Source: Actinomycetota bacterium
GTDB taxonomy: Bacteria > Actinomycetota > Coriobacteriia > Anaerosomatales > JAENZW01
Direction of reading: 5' to 3'
DNA length: 55,314 bases
Assembly: GCA_016841065.1 (NCBI GenBank)
Contig: JAENZW010000003.1
Span: 1-55,314 of the forward strand
Shown: piece after piece, positions 48,290-55,314 of the stretch
Layout: every line of letters begins with the position of its first letter
How positions within the stretch are numbered: the stretch's first letter is position 1
Notes under the pieces: generated by a model
The model's database searches: none
What the model was told of the DNA's origin: nothing
The model's input: the letters and a program-made list of their open reading frames with translations, nothing else
Program-made: the position numbers and the translations under genes

Positions 48290-48805
48290 CTAGTCTACAT
48301 GGATGAGCGAGACGATCTTCGGCTCTCCGAGCTTGTCGCGACCATTTAGGAAGTCAAGCTCGATCAAGAACGCGAAGCCGGCGACTTGCGCCCCCATGCC
48401 AGCCACGAGTGATGCTTTCGCCGCAGCGGTACCACCAGTCGCGAGCACGTCGTCGATAATCAGCACGATGTCGTCAGGCGTGATTGCATCGGTATGCACT
48501 TCCAGCGAATCCGTGCCGTACTCCAGCTCGTACTCGTGGCTCGTGGTTGTCCAGGGCAGTTTGCCGGGCTTGCGCGCGGGAACGAAGCCTGCGCCGAGCT
48601 TGTACGCCAGCGCCCCACCGAAGATGAATCCACGTGCCTCGGCGCCGAGAACCTTCGTGACGTTCGAGTCTGCGTAGGCATCCGCGATCGTGTCGATTGC
48701 CCCTCGGAATCCCTCAGGACTCGCCAACAGTGGCGTGATGTCCTTGAAGACGACGCCTTCCTTTGGGAAGTCAGGGATGTCGCGAATGTAGCTACCTAGA
48801 TCCAA
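48290..48805 (-). CDS. apt: Adenine phosphoribosyltransferase
   Basis: IRDIPDFPKEGVVFKDIT, EARGFIFG, RKPGKLP, LEYGTD, DDVLATGGT. Confidence 0.97.
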   Translation of the reverse strand: MDLGSYIRDIPDFPKEGVVFKDITPLLASPEGFRGAIDTIADAYADSNVTKVLGAEARGFIFGGALAYKLGAGFVPARKPGKLPWTTTSHEYELEYGTDSLEVHTDAITPDDIVLIIDDVLATGGTAAAKASLVAGMGAQVAGFAFLIELDFLNGRDKLGEPKIVSLIHVD

Positions 48806-48850
48806 GAGATGCCTCCTTCTTCGGCCAACATTGGTGCCTTCGTGTGAACC

Positions 48851-49840
48851 TCAACACACCTGCGTCAGGGAACGCAACTGGCTCGACGTGCCGAGGACCA
48901 CCAGTCTGTCACCGACCTCAAGCATGGTATCGGACGACGGGTTCGTGTTCACTGTACCGCTGGGAGACTGGATTGCGAGAATATACGCCCCTGTCTTGTC
49001 TCGAACGCTCGCCTCACTGATTGTCTTGCCAACCAGGGGCGAGCCTCCATTGAGCTCTACTTCCTGAAGCCGGAACTCGACCTTGTCGCCGTGCGTTACG
49101 AGATCGAGGAAGTCAGACACGACCGGGTGAAGGACCATCGTAGCCATGCGTCGTCCACCGATGATGTTCGGAGTGAGCACACGATTGGCTCCCGCTTTGC
49201 GGAGCTTGCCCTCCGAGGATTCGTGTGAGGAGCGGGCCACGATGAAGATGTCCGAGCTGAGGGAGCGTGCCGTGAATGTCACGAAGAGGTTGTCTGCATC
49301 CGTATCCAGGGTAGTAACCAGGCTCCGAGCTCGCTCGACGCCCGCCTGATACAGGGTCTCCTCTGCAGTCGCATCCCCTTCGACAACGAGCCATCCCTGC
49401 TCGCGGGCATATTCGACGCGCTCCTCATCGGCGTCGATGACGACGAAAGCACCGTCTTCTTCCTCTAGCATCGCAGCCACGACAGAACCAACACGTCCGA
49501 GGCCAGCAACGATGTGATGACCCGTCAGCGATTCGATTCGCTTCTCCATGCGTCTACCCTCCACATAGCCTCTCAGGTGCCCCTCGACAACGAAGTCGAT
49601 CACGGTGCCGAGGAAGAATATCATCGCCCCGAATCCGCCGAATATGAGTGCCATTGTGAACACGCGTCCGCCGGAGGTGAGTTCGTGCACCTCGGAGTAG
49701 CCGACTGTCCCGACGGTGATCACGGTCATGTAGAGCGCGTCGAGAACCGACCAACCTTCGATCAGAACGTAGCCGGCGATGCCCGCCACGATCACCGCAC
49801 CCAGAACGCCAAGCGCGATAGCCAGACGTCTCATCATCAA
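48851..49840 (-). CDS. 2TM potassium channel with RCK_N/RCK_C domains
   Basis: DALYMTVIT..TVGY pore motif, GLGRVG, GDAT, C-terminal TrkA-C region. Confidence 0.9.
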   Translation of the reverse strand: MMMRRLAIALGVLGAVIVAGIAGYVLIEGWSVLDALYMTVITVGTVGYSEVHELTSGGRVFTMALIFGGFGAMIFFLGTVIDFVVEGHLRGYVEGRRMEKRIESLTGHHIVAGLGRVGSVVAAMLEEEDGAFVVIDADEERVEYAREQGWLVVEGDATAEETLYQAGVERARSLVTTLDTDADNLFVTFTARSLSSDIFIVARSSHESSEGKLRKAGANRVLTPNIIGGRRMATMVLHPVVSDFLDLVTHGDKVEFRLQEVELNGGSPLVGKTISEASVRDKTGAYILAIQSPSGTVNTNPSSDTMLEVGDRLVVLGTSSQLRSLTQVC

Positions 49841-50394
49841 CCCGCTCCCGCCAACGCCTCATCACGAACAGTGGCGACGAAGGGTAGGTTCCGATACAGG
49901 CCGTTGACGTCCAGCCCGTAGCCGACCACGAATCTATCGGGTATCGAGAACCCCCTGTACGTGATGGGCAGGTCCACGATTCGACGGACATCCTTGTCGA
50001 GCAGGGTGCAGACCTCGAGCGTCGCGGGCTGACGTTCCTTGAGCATTCGCAGAATGTAGTTGAGCGTGAGTCCTGTGTCGACGATGTCCTCGACGACGAT
50101 TACCGACGCTCCCTCGATCGAGTCGTCGAGATCCTTGGTCACTCGCACCACGCCGGGGCGTCCGCCCACATACGACGAAACCGCCATGAAGTCCACTTGG
50201 AGCGGCAGGTCTATCGCCCTACATAGATCGGCCAGGAAGATCAGACCGCCGCGCAAGATCGTAATGAGCCGAACGTCCCGTCCTTGATGATCGTGCGCGA
50301 TCGACGCTCCGAGTTCGGCTACGCGCGCCGTGATCTGCTCCTCGGTGACGAGAACGCGCTCGACAAGCGACTCGGGTGCCTTCGGCGATGCCAT
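49837..50394 (-). CDS. hpt: Hypoxanthine phosphoribosyltransferase
   Basis: ILRGG..FLADL, VSSY, VEDIVDTGLTL, LLDK, FVVGYGLD...YRNLP. Confidence 0.95.
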   Translation of the reverse strand: MASPKAPESLVERVLVTEEQITARVAELGASIAHDHQGRDVRLITILRGGLIFLADLCRAIDLPLQVDFMAVSSYVGGRPGVVRVTKDLDDSIEGASVIVVEDIVDTGLTLNYILRMLKERQPATLEVCTLLDKDVRRIVDLPITYRGFSIPDRFVVGYGLDVNGLYRNLPFVATVRDEALAGAG

Positions 50395-50828
50395 CAGCCT
50401 CTGCCGTCTTCCGGCGGGACTGCAGTCAGCCCGCCGCCCTCTCCGTGAGTCTGCTCCTCGACGGGAATCCCGAACTTCAGTAGCAGGTTCCGGAAGTCGC
50501 GCTGGTAGAAGATCTTGATGTGCACCTCGGGATAGAGCTCCCTCAAGCGCCGCACCTTCTTGTTCTTCTTTGTGACGAGCTTCTGGCTCATCGTTGTGAG
50601 TTCGATGTAGAGGTCAAGCTCCGGAAGGTAGAAGTCCGGGGAGAACGATGCCACGACGTTGCCTTTTCCGTCCCACTCAAGCGGAAACGTCGTAGGCTCG
50701 TACTCCCACTGGATGCGATAGAAGTCGAGAATCTCGGCTGCGACCCTCTCGCTCGGGTGCGCAAACTGGATCTCATCGATCCGTCTCGATCCCGCGGTCT
50801 CCCGCTCGTGTGCGTCAGCCTCGACCAT
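50394..50828 (-). CDS. PD-(D/E)XK-like protein resembling the T7 endonuclease I/TnsA-N fold
   Basis: FAHPSE...WEYEP...FSPDFYL...YIELTT; stop overlaps the hpt start (TGATG). Confidence 0.7.
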   Translation of the reverse strand: MVEADAHERETAGSRRIDEIQFAHPSERVAAEILDFYRIQWEYEPTTFPLEWDGKGNVVASFSPDFYLPELDLYIELTTMSQKLVTKKNKKVRRLRELYPEVHIKIFYQRDFRNLLLKFGIPVEEQTHGEGGGLTAVPPEDGRG

Positions 50829-50833
50829 CGCTC

Positions 50834-51541
50834 CTACATCAGGTCTTCGAACGTGGTTCCGAGTGCCCGCCGGAGAAGCTGTGTCTTGAGGTCACCCGTC
50901 AGCATCATGAGCTCCTGGAGCGTGTCCTTCAGCTTCTGACGCGTCTCCGGTGTGCGGTGCCTGAACGCAGGCATGAGAATCTGCGAGAAGAATGCCGCCT
51001 CTCGTTCGGCCAGCGTCTCATACATGCGAAGATGACGCGGCTCGATACCGAAACGTCGCAGATCCCAACAGGCGTGGGCGACCTGCACATCCGACTTCGA
51101 GAGCTCCTCGCCTTCCGTTCCCTGGACGACCGTGACGAGTCCGAACTCCGTCAGCTCGTCGATGAAGGACTTCGGAAGACCCAGAACGGACGGAACATCC
51201 TCCAGCTTCACGCTTTCGGTATCCTCGAAAGGCAAAGCAACAGCCTCAGATGAACCCGAGACAGCTGGACGCAACTCAACCGGTACCTTGCCTCGATCGT
51301 AGTCCTTGAGCTTCTCGCGGATGACGGCGAGTGGAAGAAAGTGCTCCTTCTGTAGCCGAAGGACGAGATCAACGCGAGCAACATCGGCTTGGGTGAACTT
51401 GCGATAGCCTCCCGCCGTGCGTTCTGGCGATACCAGACCCTCTTCTTCGAGGAATCGGACCTTTGAGATCGACAGGTCCGTGTAGGTTGCGGACAACTTG
51501 TCGACAACTTCGCCGATGGTCAGGTAGTCCCGTCGGGCCAC
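50834..51541 (-). CDS. MerR-family regulator (FtsR-like)
   Basis: LTIGEV...SISKVRFLEEEGL..PERT.GGYRKF...LPLAVIRE, GIEPRHLR; follows the FHA gene as in other actinobacteria. Confidence 0.88.
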   Translation of the reverse strand: MARRDYLTIGEVVDKLSATYTDLSISKVRFLEEEGLVSPERTAGGYRKFTQADVARVDLVLRLQKEHFLPLAVIREKLKDYDRGKVPVELRPAVSGSSEAVALPFEDTESVKLEDVPSVLGLPKSFIDELTEFGLVTVVQGTEGEELSKSDVQVAHACWDLRRFGIEPRHLRMYETLAEREAAFFSQILMPAFRHRTPETRQKLKDTLQELMMLTGDLKTQLLRRALGTTFEDLM

Positions 51542-51545
51542 TACC

Positions 51546-51992
51546 TCACGCGCCCTTTCCGGCGAGGAAGACCATCTGGAACATGCCGATCTGCACAACG
51601 TCTCCACTTGCCAACAGAGCCTTGTCAACACATACCCCGTTGACATACGTGCCGTTCAACGAACCGGCATCCTCTATCTCGACCTCGCCGGCCACGTTTC
51701 CGAGCACCGCGTGGTGCCGAGACACCGTCACGTCGTTCAGGAAGATATCGCTACGTGGATCGCGCCCGACCGTCAGGCGCTCGCGATCCACGTAGAATCG
51801 CTCGCCAACCTCCGCGCCCTTGCGAACCACAAGTACCGGACCCTCGTCGATCTCCACATCCATAGGTGTCGGACTCGCGGAGGCAACGACGGGTTCGAAC
51901 GACTGGGTAGCGCCCTCGACACGCGCACCGCAGTCGGGGCACGTCGTGGCTCCGGACGGAGTCTGTGTGCCGCATCTCGGACAGTCGGTCAT
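51546..51992 (-). CDS. Zinc-ribbon + FHA domain protein (GarA/OdhI-like)
   Basis: CPRC...CPDC followed by GR..SDIFLNDVTVSRHHA...GSLNGTYVN...QIG.F. Confidence 0.9.
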   Translation of the reverse strand: MTDCPRCGTQTPSGATTCPDCGARVEGATQSFEPVVASASPTPMDVEIDEGPVLVVRKGAEVGERFYVDRERLTVGRDPRSDIFLNDVTVSRHHAVLGNVAGEVEIEDAGSLNGTYVNGVCVDKALLASGDVVQIGMFQMVFLAGKGA

Positions 51993-52029
51993 CAGTTTGA
52001 CCCTCGTCTCGGACCGATCCCGGAAGGAA

Positions 52030-52290
52030 TCAGTCGGTGAAACCGAATTCGCGGCGCTGAAACGACGCCGATATCTCTTCCTCCAGCGCGGAAACGACCT
52101 CTGGGTTCTCGAGCACGTGTGCGAGCTTCTCGTCGCTCAACCGGTTCTTGACGTACGGATCCTTGAGCGTCTCGGTCAGCTTGCGACCGTTCCGGACCTC
52201 GCGAATCACATACTCGATCACGCGTTCTTCAACGGCATCGTGAGCGAGGTCGTCCATGAAGCTCTGCAGCTTGTCGGAAATCGTCGACAC
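52030..52290 (-). CDS. Hypothetical helical protein (86 aa)
   Basis: GTG 52290 with AGGAGGA RBS; VSTISDKLQSF...EFGFTD; no recognised family. Confidence 0.75.
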   Translation of the reverse strand: MSTISDKLQSFMDDLAHDAVEERVIEYVIREVRNGRKLTETLKDPYVKNRLSDEKLAHVLENPEVVSALEEEISASFQRREFGFTD

Positions 52291-52333
52291 GTGTCCTCCT
52301 TGCGGATACTGTCTTGCGGGGCGTGCGGGGTTC

Positions 52334-52654
52334 CTACTCGTCGTCCTCGTTGTCCTCGAAGTCGTCTTCGGCGACGTCGACGTTCGATACCCCGCGCAAG
52401 TCATTTGCGAGAATACCGATCAGTCTGTCGACATCCGTCGCTGAGATGACGTCATCTCCAGACTCACGCTGAGACTTCAGCCTGCGGACGAGCTCTGCGC
52501 GCAAGATGTCGATCTTTCCGTGCAGAACCCTTCTGCGATACGAGATGCGCTGCTCCTCTTCGTGCAGGTCATTGAGCAGCCCCCTGATGTCCTCGTTCGA
52601 CTTGTCCTCGAGGTTCAGAAGCGCCTTATCGATTCGTTCATCCCGGTCGGACAT
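52334..52654 (-). CDS. Single-motif RsiG-like c-di-GMP-binding anti-sigma factor
   Basis: EEQRISYRRRVLHGKIDILRAEL matches E-X3-S-X2-R-X3-(Q/H)-X3-D plus the IDILRAEL tail of RsiG; GGAGGG RBS. Confidence 0.78.
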   Translation of the reverse strand: MSDRDERIDKALLNLEDKSNEDIRGLLNDLHEEEQRISYRRRVLHGKIDILRAELVRRLKSQRESGDDVISATDVDRLIGILANDLRGVSNVDVAEDDFEDNEDDE

Positions 52655-52737
52655 TTCCCCTCCACTCCGGATATGCTCTCAACAGTCAGATTGTAGCGCA
52701 TACCCTTAGCCTGCACTGTACCTGCAGGCTCTGACAT

Positions 52738-53523
52738 TCACACTTCTCCGACAGGTTCGACTATCGTCTGCCCGGCGAGTGCCTCGGCAAGACAGATCTC
52801 GTGATCTGTGAGCTCGCCTGCCACGAGTTCGATTCCCAGGGCATCTGCCCACCCTTCGGCTATGAGTGCGCACAGCTCATCCCAATGACGCGAGTCGGAC
52901 GTCAGGTCCGAAAGCGTCAGCGATCCGGCCGCCAATTCGTCTCGTGCCCGGGGAGAGAGGCCGAATACTCGCGCCTCCCTGTCGATGTCCCGGGAGACTA
53001 TGAACGAACCGTGCTGCAAGACGGTGTCGTGAAGCCACACCTGTGCGCTGCCGGAGAGTTTGGCCTCGCCGCACGATACATCGGCCGAAGTGGCGTGAAG
53101 ATAGCATGCCGCGCTGCCGCGTCTCCCGCGAGCCCTGTCGGTCAGCTGCGCCGACACACCAAGCCGCCCGTATGCAGCCACGATACCGGAGCACAGATGC
53201 GCGTAGCTCGCGCTCGTCCCGCGCGGCACATCATCAGCCAGCGACGCGACGCAGGAGTAGGTCACCTCGTCGTCGTGCAGCACACCCCTGCCCCCGGTGT
53301 AGCGCCGCACCACATCCACACCCAGGACATCGCACGCAGCGAAGTCGACGTCGGTCGACTTCTGGAAACGGCCGATCGTCACAGTCGGTCGAAGCCAGCC
53401 GTAAAGCCGCAGGGTCGGCGGCACGCGATTCTCGCGGCGGGCGATCTGGATGGCTCGATCGATAGCCATGTTCCGGTTTCCCGCATCTCGCCCATGCGAG
53501 ATGAGACGCCACTTGGGAGCCAT
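52738..53523 (-). CDS. Lipoate-protein ligase A family, LipM-like octanoyltransferase
   Basis: NMAID, PTLRLY.W, VRRYTGGRGVLHD, SAACY, KLSGSAQ, QHGS; next to gcvP genes. Confidence 0.85.
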   Translation of the reverse strand: MAPKWRLISHGRDAGNRNMAIDRAIQIARRENRVPPTLRLYGWLRPTVTIGRFQKSTDVDFAACDVLGVDVVRRYTGGRGVLHDDEVTYSCVASLADDVPRGTSASYAHLCSGIVAAYGRLGVSAQLTDRARGRRGSAACYLHATSADVSCGEAKLSGSAQVWLHDTVLQHGSFIVSRDIDREARVFGLSPRARDELAAGSLTLSDLTSDSRHWDELCALIAEGWADALGIELVAGELTDHEICLAEALAGQTIVEPVGEV

Positions 53524-53533
53524 CAGCTCTCGC

Positions 53534-55027
53534 TCACCGGGCCTGCCAGCGCAACTCGGGCTCTCGCGCGGCCCGAACCTCATCGACCCGACGGACCGGT
53601 GTCGTGTATGGAGCGCTATTCACCACTGCGGCATCAGTCGCGGCCTCTTCGGCAATCGCGAGCATCGCGTTCGCGAAGGCATCGAGGGCATCGAGCGGCT
53701 CGGTCTCGGTCGGCTCGATCATGAGCGCTTCCTCGACGATTAGCGGGAAGTACACCGTTGGCGGATGGAAACCGTGGTCGAGAAGTCGCTTGGCCACGTC
53801 CAGGGTTCGCACGCCGTAGTCCCTCTTGAGCTTCGCGCCCGATAGTACGAACTCGTGCATGCACGTTCGATCGTACGGCAGTTCGTAGGCGCCTTTCAGC
53901 AGCTCCTTGAGGTAGTTCGCCGAAAGAACGGCCTGCTCAGCGACCTCGCGCAGCCCCTCTCCCCCGACAGCCCGCACGTACGCGTAGGCCCGCACCATGA
54001 CACCGAAGTTGCCGAAGAACGACCTGACTCGGCCGATGGAGTGTCCGGGGCGCAAGACGCCGTACGTGCCGTCGTCCATCCGCACCGGGAGCGGGCCCGG
54101 CAGGAAGTCCGTGAGACCCTCAATGACACATACGGGACCGGCGCCAGGACCGCCGCCGCCATGAGGTGTGGCGAACGTCTTGTGCAGGTTGATGTGCAGG
54201 GCATCGAAGCCCATGTCTCCCGGCCGGGCAACACCGAGGATCGCGTTCATGTTGGCGCCGTCGCAGTACGCGTAGGCACCGACCGCATGGACCGCCTCGG
54301 TGATCTCGAGAATCCGTTTCTCGAACAGTCCAAGGGTGTTCGGGTTCGTGAGCATGAGCGCGGCGACGTCGGTGTCGAGGACGGCCTTCAGCGCCTCCAC
54401 GTCCACGAGTCCGTCCTCGCCGCTCGGGATCGTGACCGCCTCGTACCCGCACATCGACACGCTAGCGGGATTCGTCCCGTTCGCGGCATCCGGGATGACG
54501 ACCTTCCGTCGCGCGTCGCCCCGCGCTACGTGTGCCGCCCGGAACATCATGAGCGCGGTGAGTTCGCCGTGTGCACCCGCGGCCGGTTGCAGCGTGACCG
54601 CAGGCAGTCCCGATATCTCGCCGAGCGCCGCCTGCAGATCGACCATGAGCGCCAGTGCGCCCTGCGCAGTCTCCAGCGGTTGATACGGGTGCATGCCGGC
54701 GAAGCCCTCTAGCCGGCACGCGTCTTCGGCAATTCGGGGGTTGTATTTCATGGTGCAGGACCCGAGTGGATACGACGCCGTATCCACGCCGAAGTTCATC
54801 TCGGCAAGGTGCGCGTAGTGCCGCATGATCTCGATCTCGGTCACGTGCGGCAGACAGGGCGGTTCGAGGCGGCTCATGCCGCCGAGTGCGACACCGATGT
54901 CGATCCCGGGCACGTCGATCTCGGCAACGCCCACACAGCCGGACTCCGGAGCTCCGATCTCGAATATCGGGATCCTCGGCCCGCGCGCCAGCGCGCCAGG
55001 AGGAGTGTGTTCGACGTTCTTGCTCAC
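53534..55027 (-). CDS. gcvPB: Glycine dehydrogenase (decarboxylating) subunit 2
   Basis: YPLGSCTMKYNP, QPAAGAHGE, TNPNTLG, DGANMNA, NLHKTFATPHGGGGPG (PLP Lys), MIEPTETE. Confidence 0.95.
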   Translation of the reverse strand: MSKNVEHTPPGALARGPRIPIFEIGAPESGCVGVAEIDVPGIDIGVALGGMSRLEPPCLPHVTEIEIMRHYAHLAEMNFGVDTASYPLGSCTMKYNPRIAEDACRLEGFAGMHPYQPLETAQGALALMVDLQAALGEISGLPAVTLQPAAGAHGELTALMMFRAAHVARGDARRKVVIPDAANGTNPASVSMCGYEAVTIPSGEDGLVDVEALKAVLDTDVAALMLTNPNTLGLFEKRILEITEAVHAVGAYAYCDGANMNAILGVARPGDMGFDALHINLHKTFATPHGGGGPGAGPVCVIEGLTDFLPGPLPVRMDDGTYGVLRPGHSIGRVRSFFGNFGVMVRAYAYVRAVGGEGLREVAEQAVLSANYLKELLKGAYELPYDRTCMHEFVLSGAKLKRDYGVRTLDVAKRLLDHGFHPPTVYFPLIVEEALMIEPTETEPLDALDAFANAMLAIAEEAATDAAVVNSAPYTTPVRRVDEVRAAREPELRWQAR

Positions 55028-55314
55028 AGCGACATCACTTCCGCCACGAACGCATCCATCTGGGCGCGAGTGCGCATCTCGGTAACGGCGAAGAGCACCA
55101 GATCCGGATCTCCGCAGTCCAGCGACTCACAGAGGACGCCCGCGATGTAGCCGCGCTCCAGCATCGCCGCGTGCATCTGCCTCGCGTCGCCGAGGTAGCG
55201 CAGCGCGAACTCGTATCCGAATGCGTGGTCCCATGGCGCCGCGAACGTGCAGGCGTCCAGCAGCCGCTCGCGCAGGTAGTGCGCCTTCGTGACGCATGCG
55301 CGTGCGATGCCCGC
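55024..55314 (-). CDS. gcvPA: Glycine dehydrogenase subunit 1, 3' part (truncated by window edge)
   Basis: Minus frame ends ...LVLFAVTEMRTRAQMDAFVAEVMSL-stop and overlaps the gcvPB start (GTGA). Confidence 0.85.
   Translation of the reverse strand, partial: AGIARACVTKAHYLRERLLDACTFAAPWDHAFGYEFALRYLGDARQMHAAMLERGYIAGVLCESLDCGDPDLVLFAVTEMRTRAQMDAFVAEVMSL

Noticed and set aside
50394-50828. Nuclease-like gene as a Tn7/phage remnant or defence gene
   Set aside because: No tnsB/C, integrase, terminal repeats, methylase or compositional shift; it is embedded and coupled within a housekeeping run.
1-55314. CRISPR arrays, rRNA/tRNA genes, IS elements, prophage
   Set aside because: No regularly spaced repeats, stable-RNA signatures, transposase/integrase ORFs or phage genes were seen by eye.

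Overview
GC-rich core chromosomal segment of an anaerobic, deep-branching actinobacterium, most likely class Coriobacteriia (inferred from gene content, not proven). It combines Bacillota-like synteny (pnp-M16 peptidase-dapB, ftsK-rodZ-rimO-pgsA-cinA-recA-rny-spoVS-miaB) with actinobacterial markers (lexA/LysM/nrdR, RsiG-like protein, FHA-MerR next to gcv genes). The window spans the replication terminus: nearly all genes from 1 to 33.9 kb are on +, nearly all from 34.4 to 55.3 kb are on -, and a clear 28-bp dif (XerCD) site lies at the switch (34252-34279). The left arm carries DAP/lysine synthesis, RNA decay and modification, SOS and class III ribonucleotide reductase genes, with readable LexA and NrdR boxes. 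The right arm carries an iorAB-ACT-liv-paaK aryl-acid module, two coiled-coil peptidoglycan hydrolases, purine salvage genes, an RsiG/FHA/MerR/nuclease-like cluster and glycine cleavage genes. I found no CRISPR array, tRNA/rRNA or mobile element. Best leads: (1) an unannotated ~300-nt structured RNA beside dif with motifs resembling the RNA-polymerase-binding Ms1/MTS2823 RNA; (2) a single-motif RsiG-like protein heading a signalling operon that includes a T7-endonuclease-I-like protein coupled to hpt; (3) a stand-alone GHKL ATPase in the rny-spoVS RNA-metabolism locus; (4) a ~295-nt structured rny leader. All calls come from motif recognition by eye; no searches were run.
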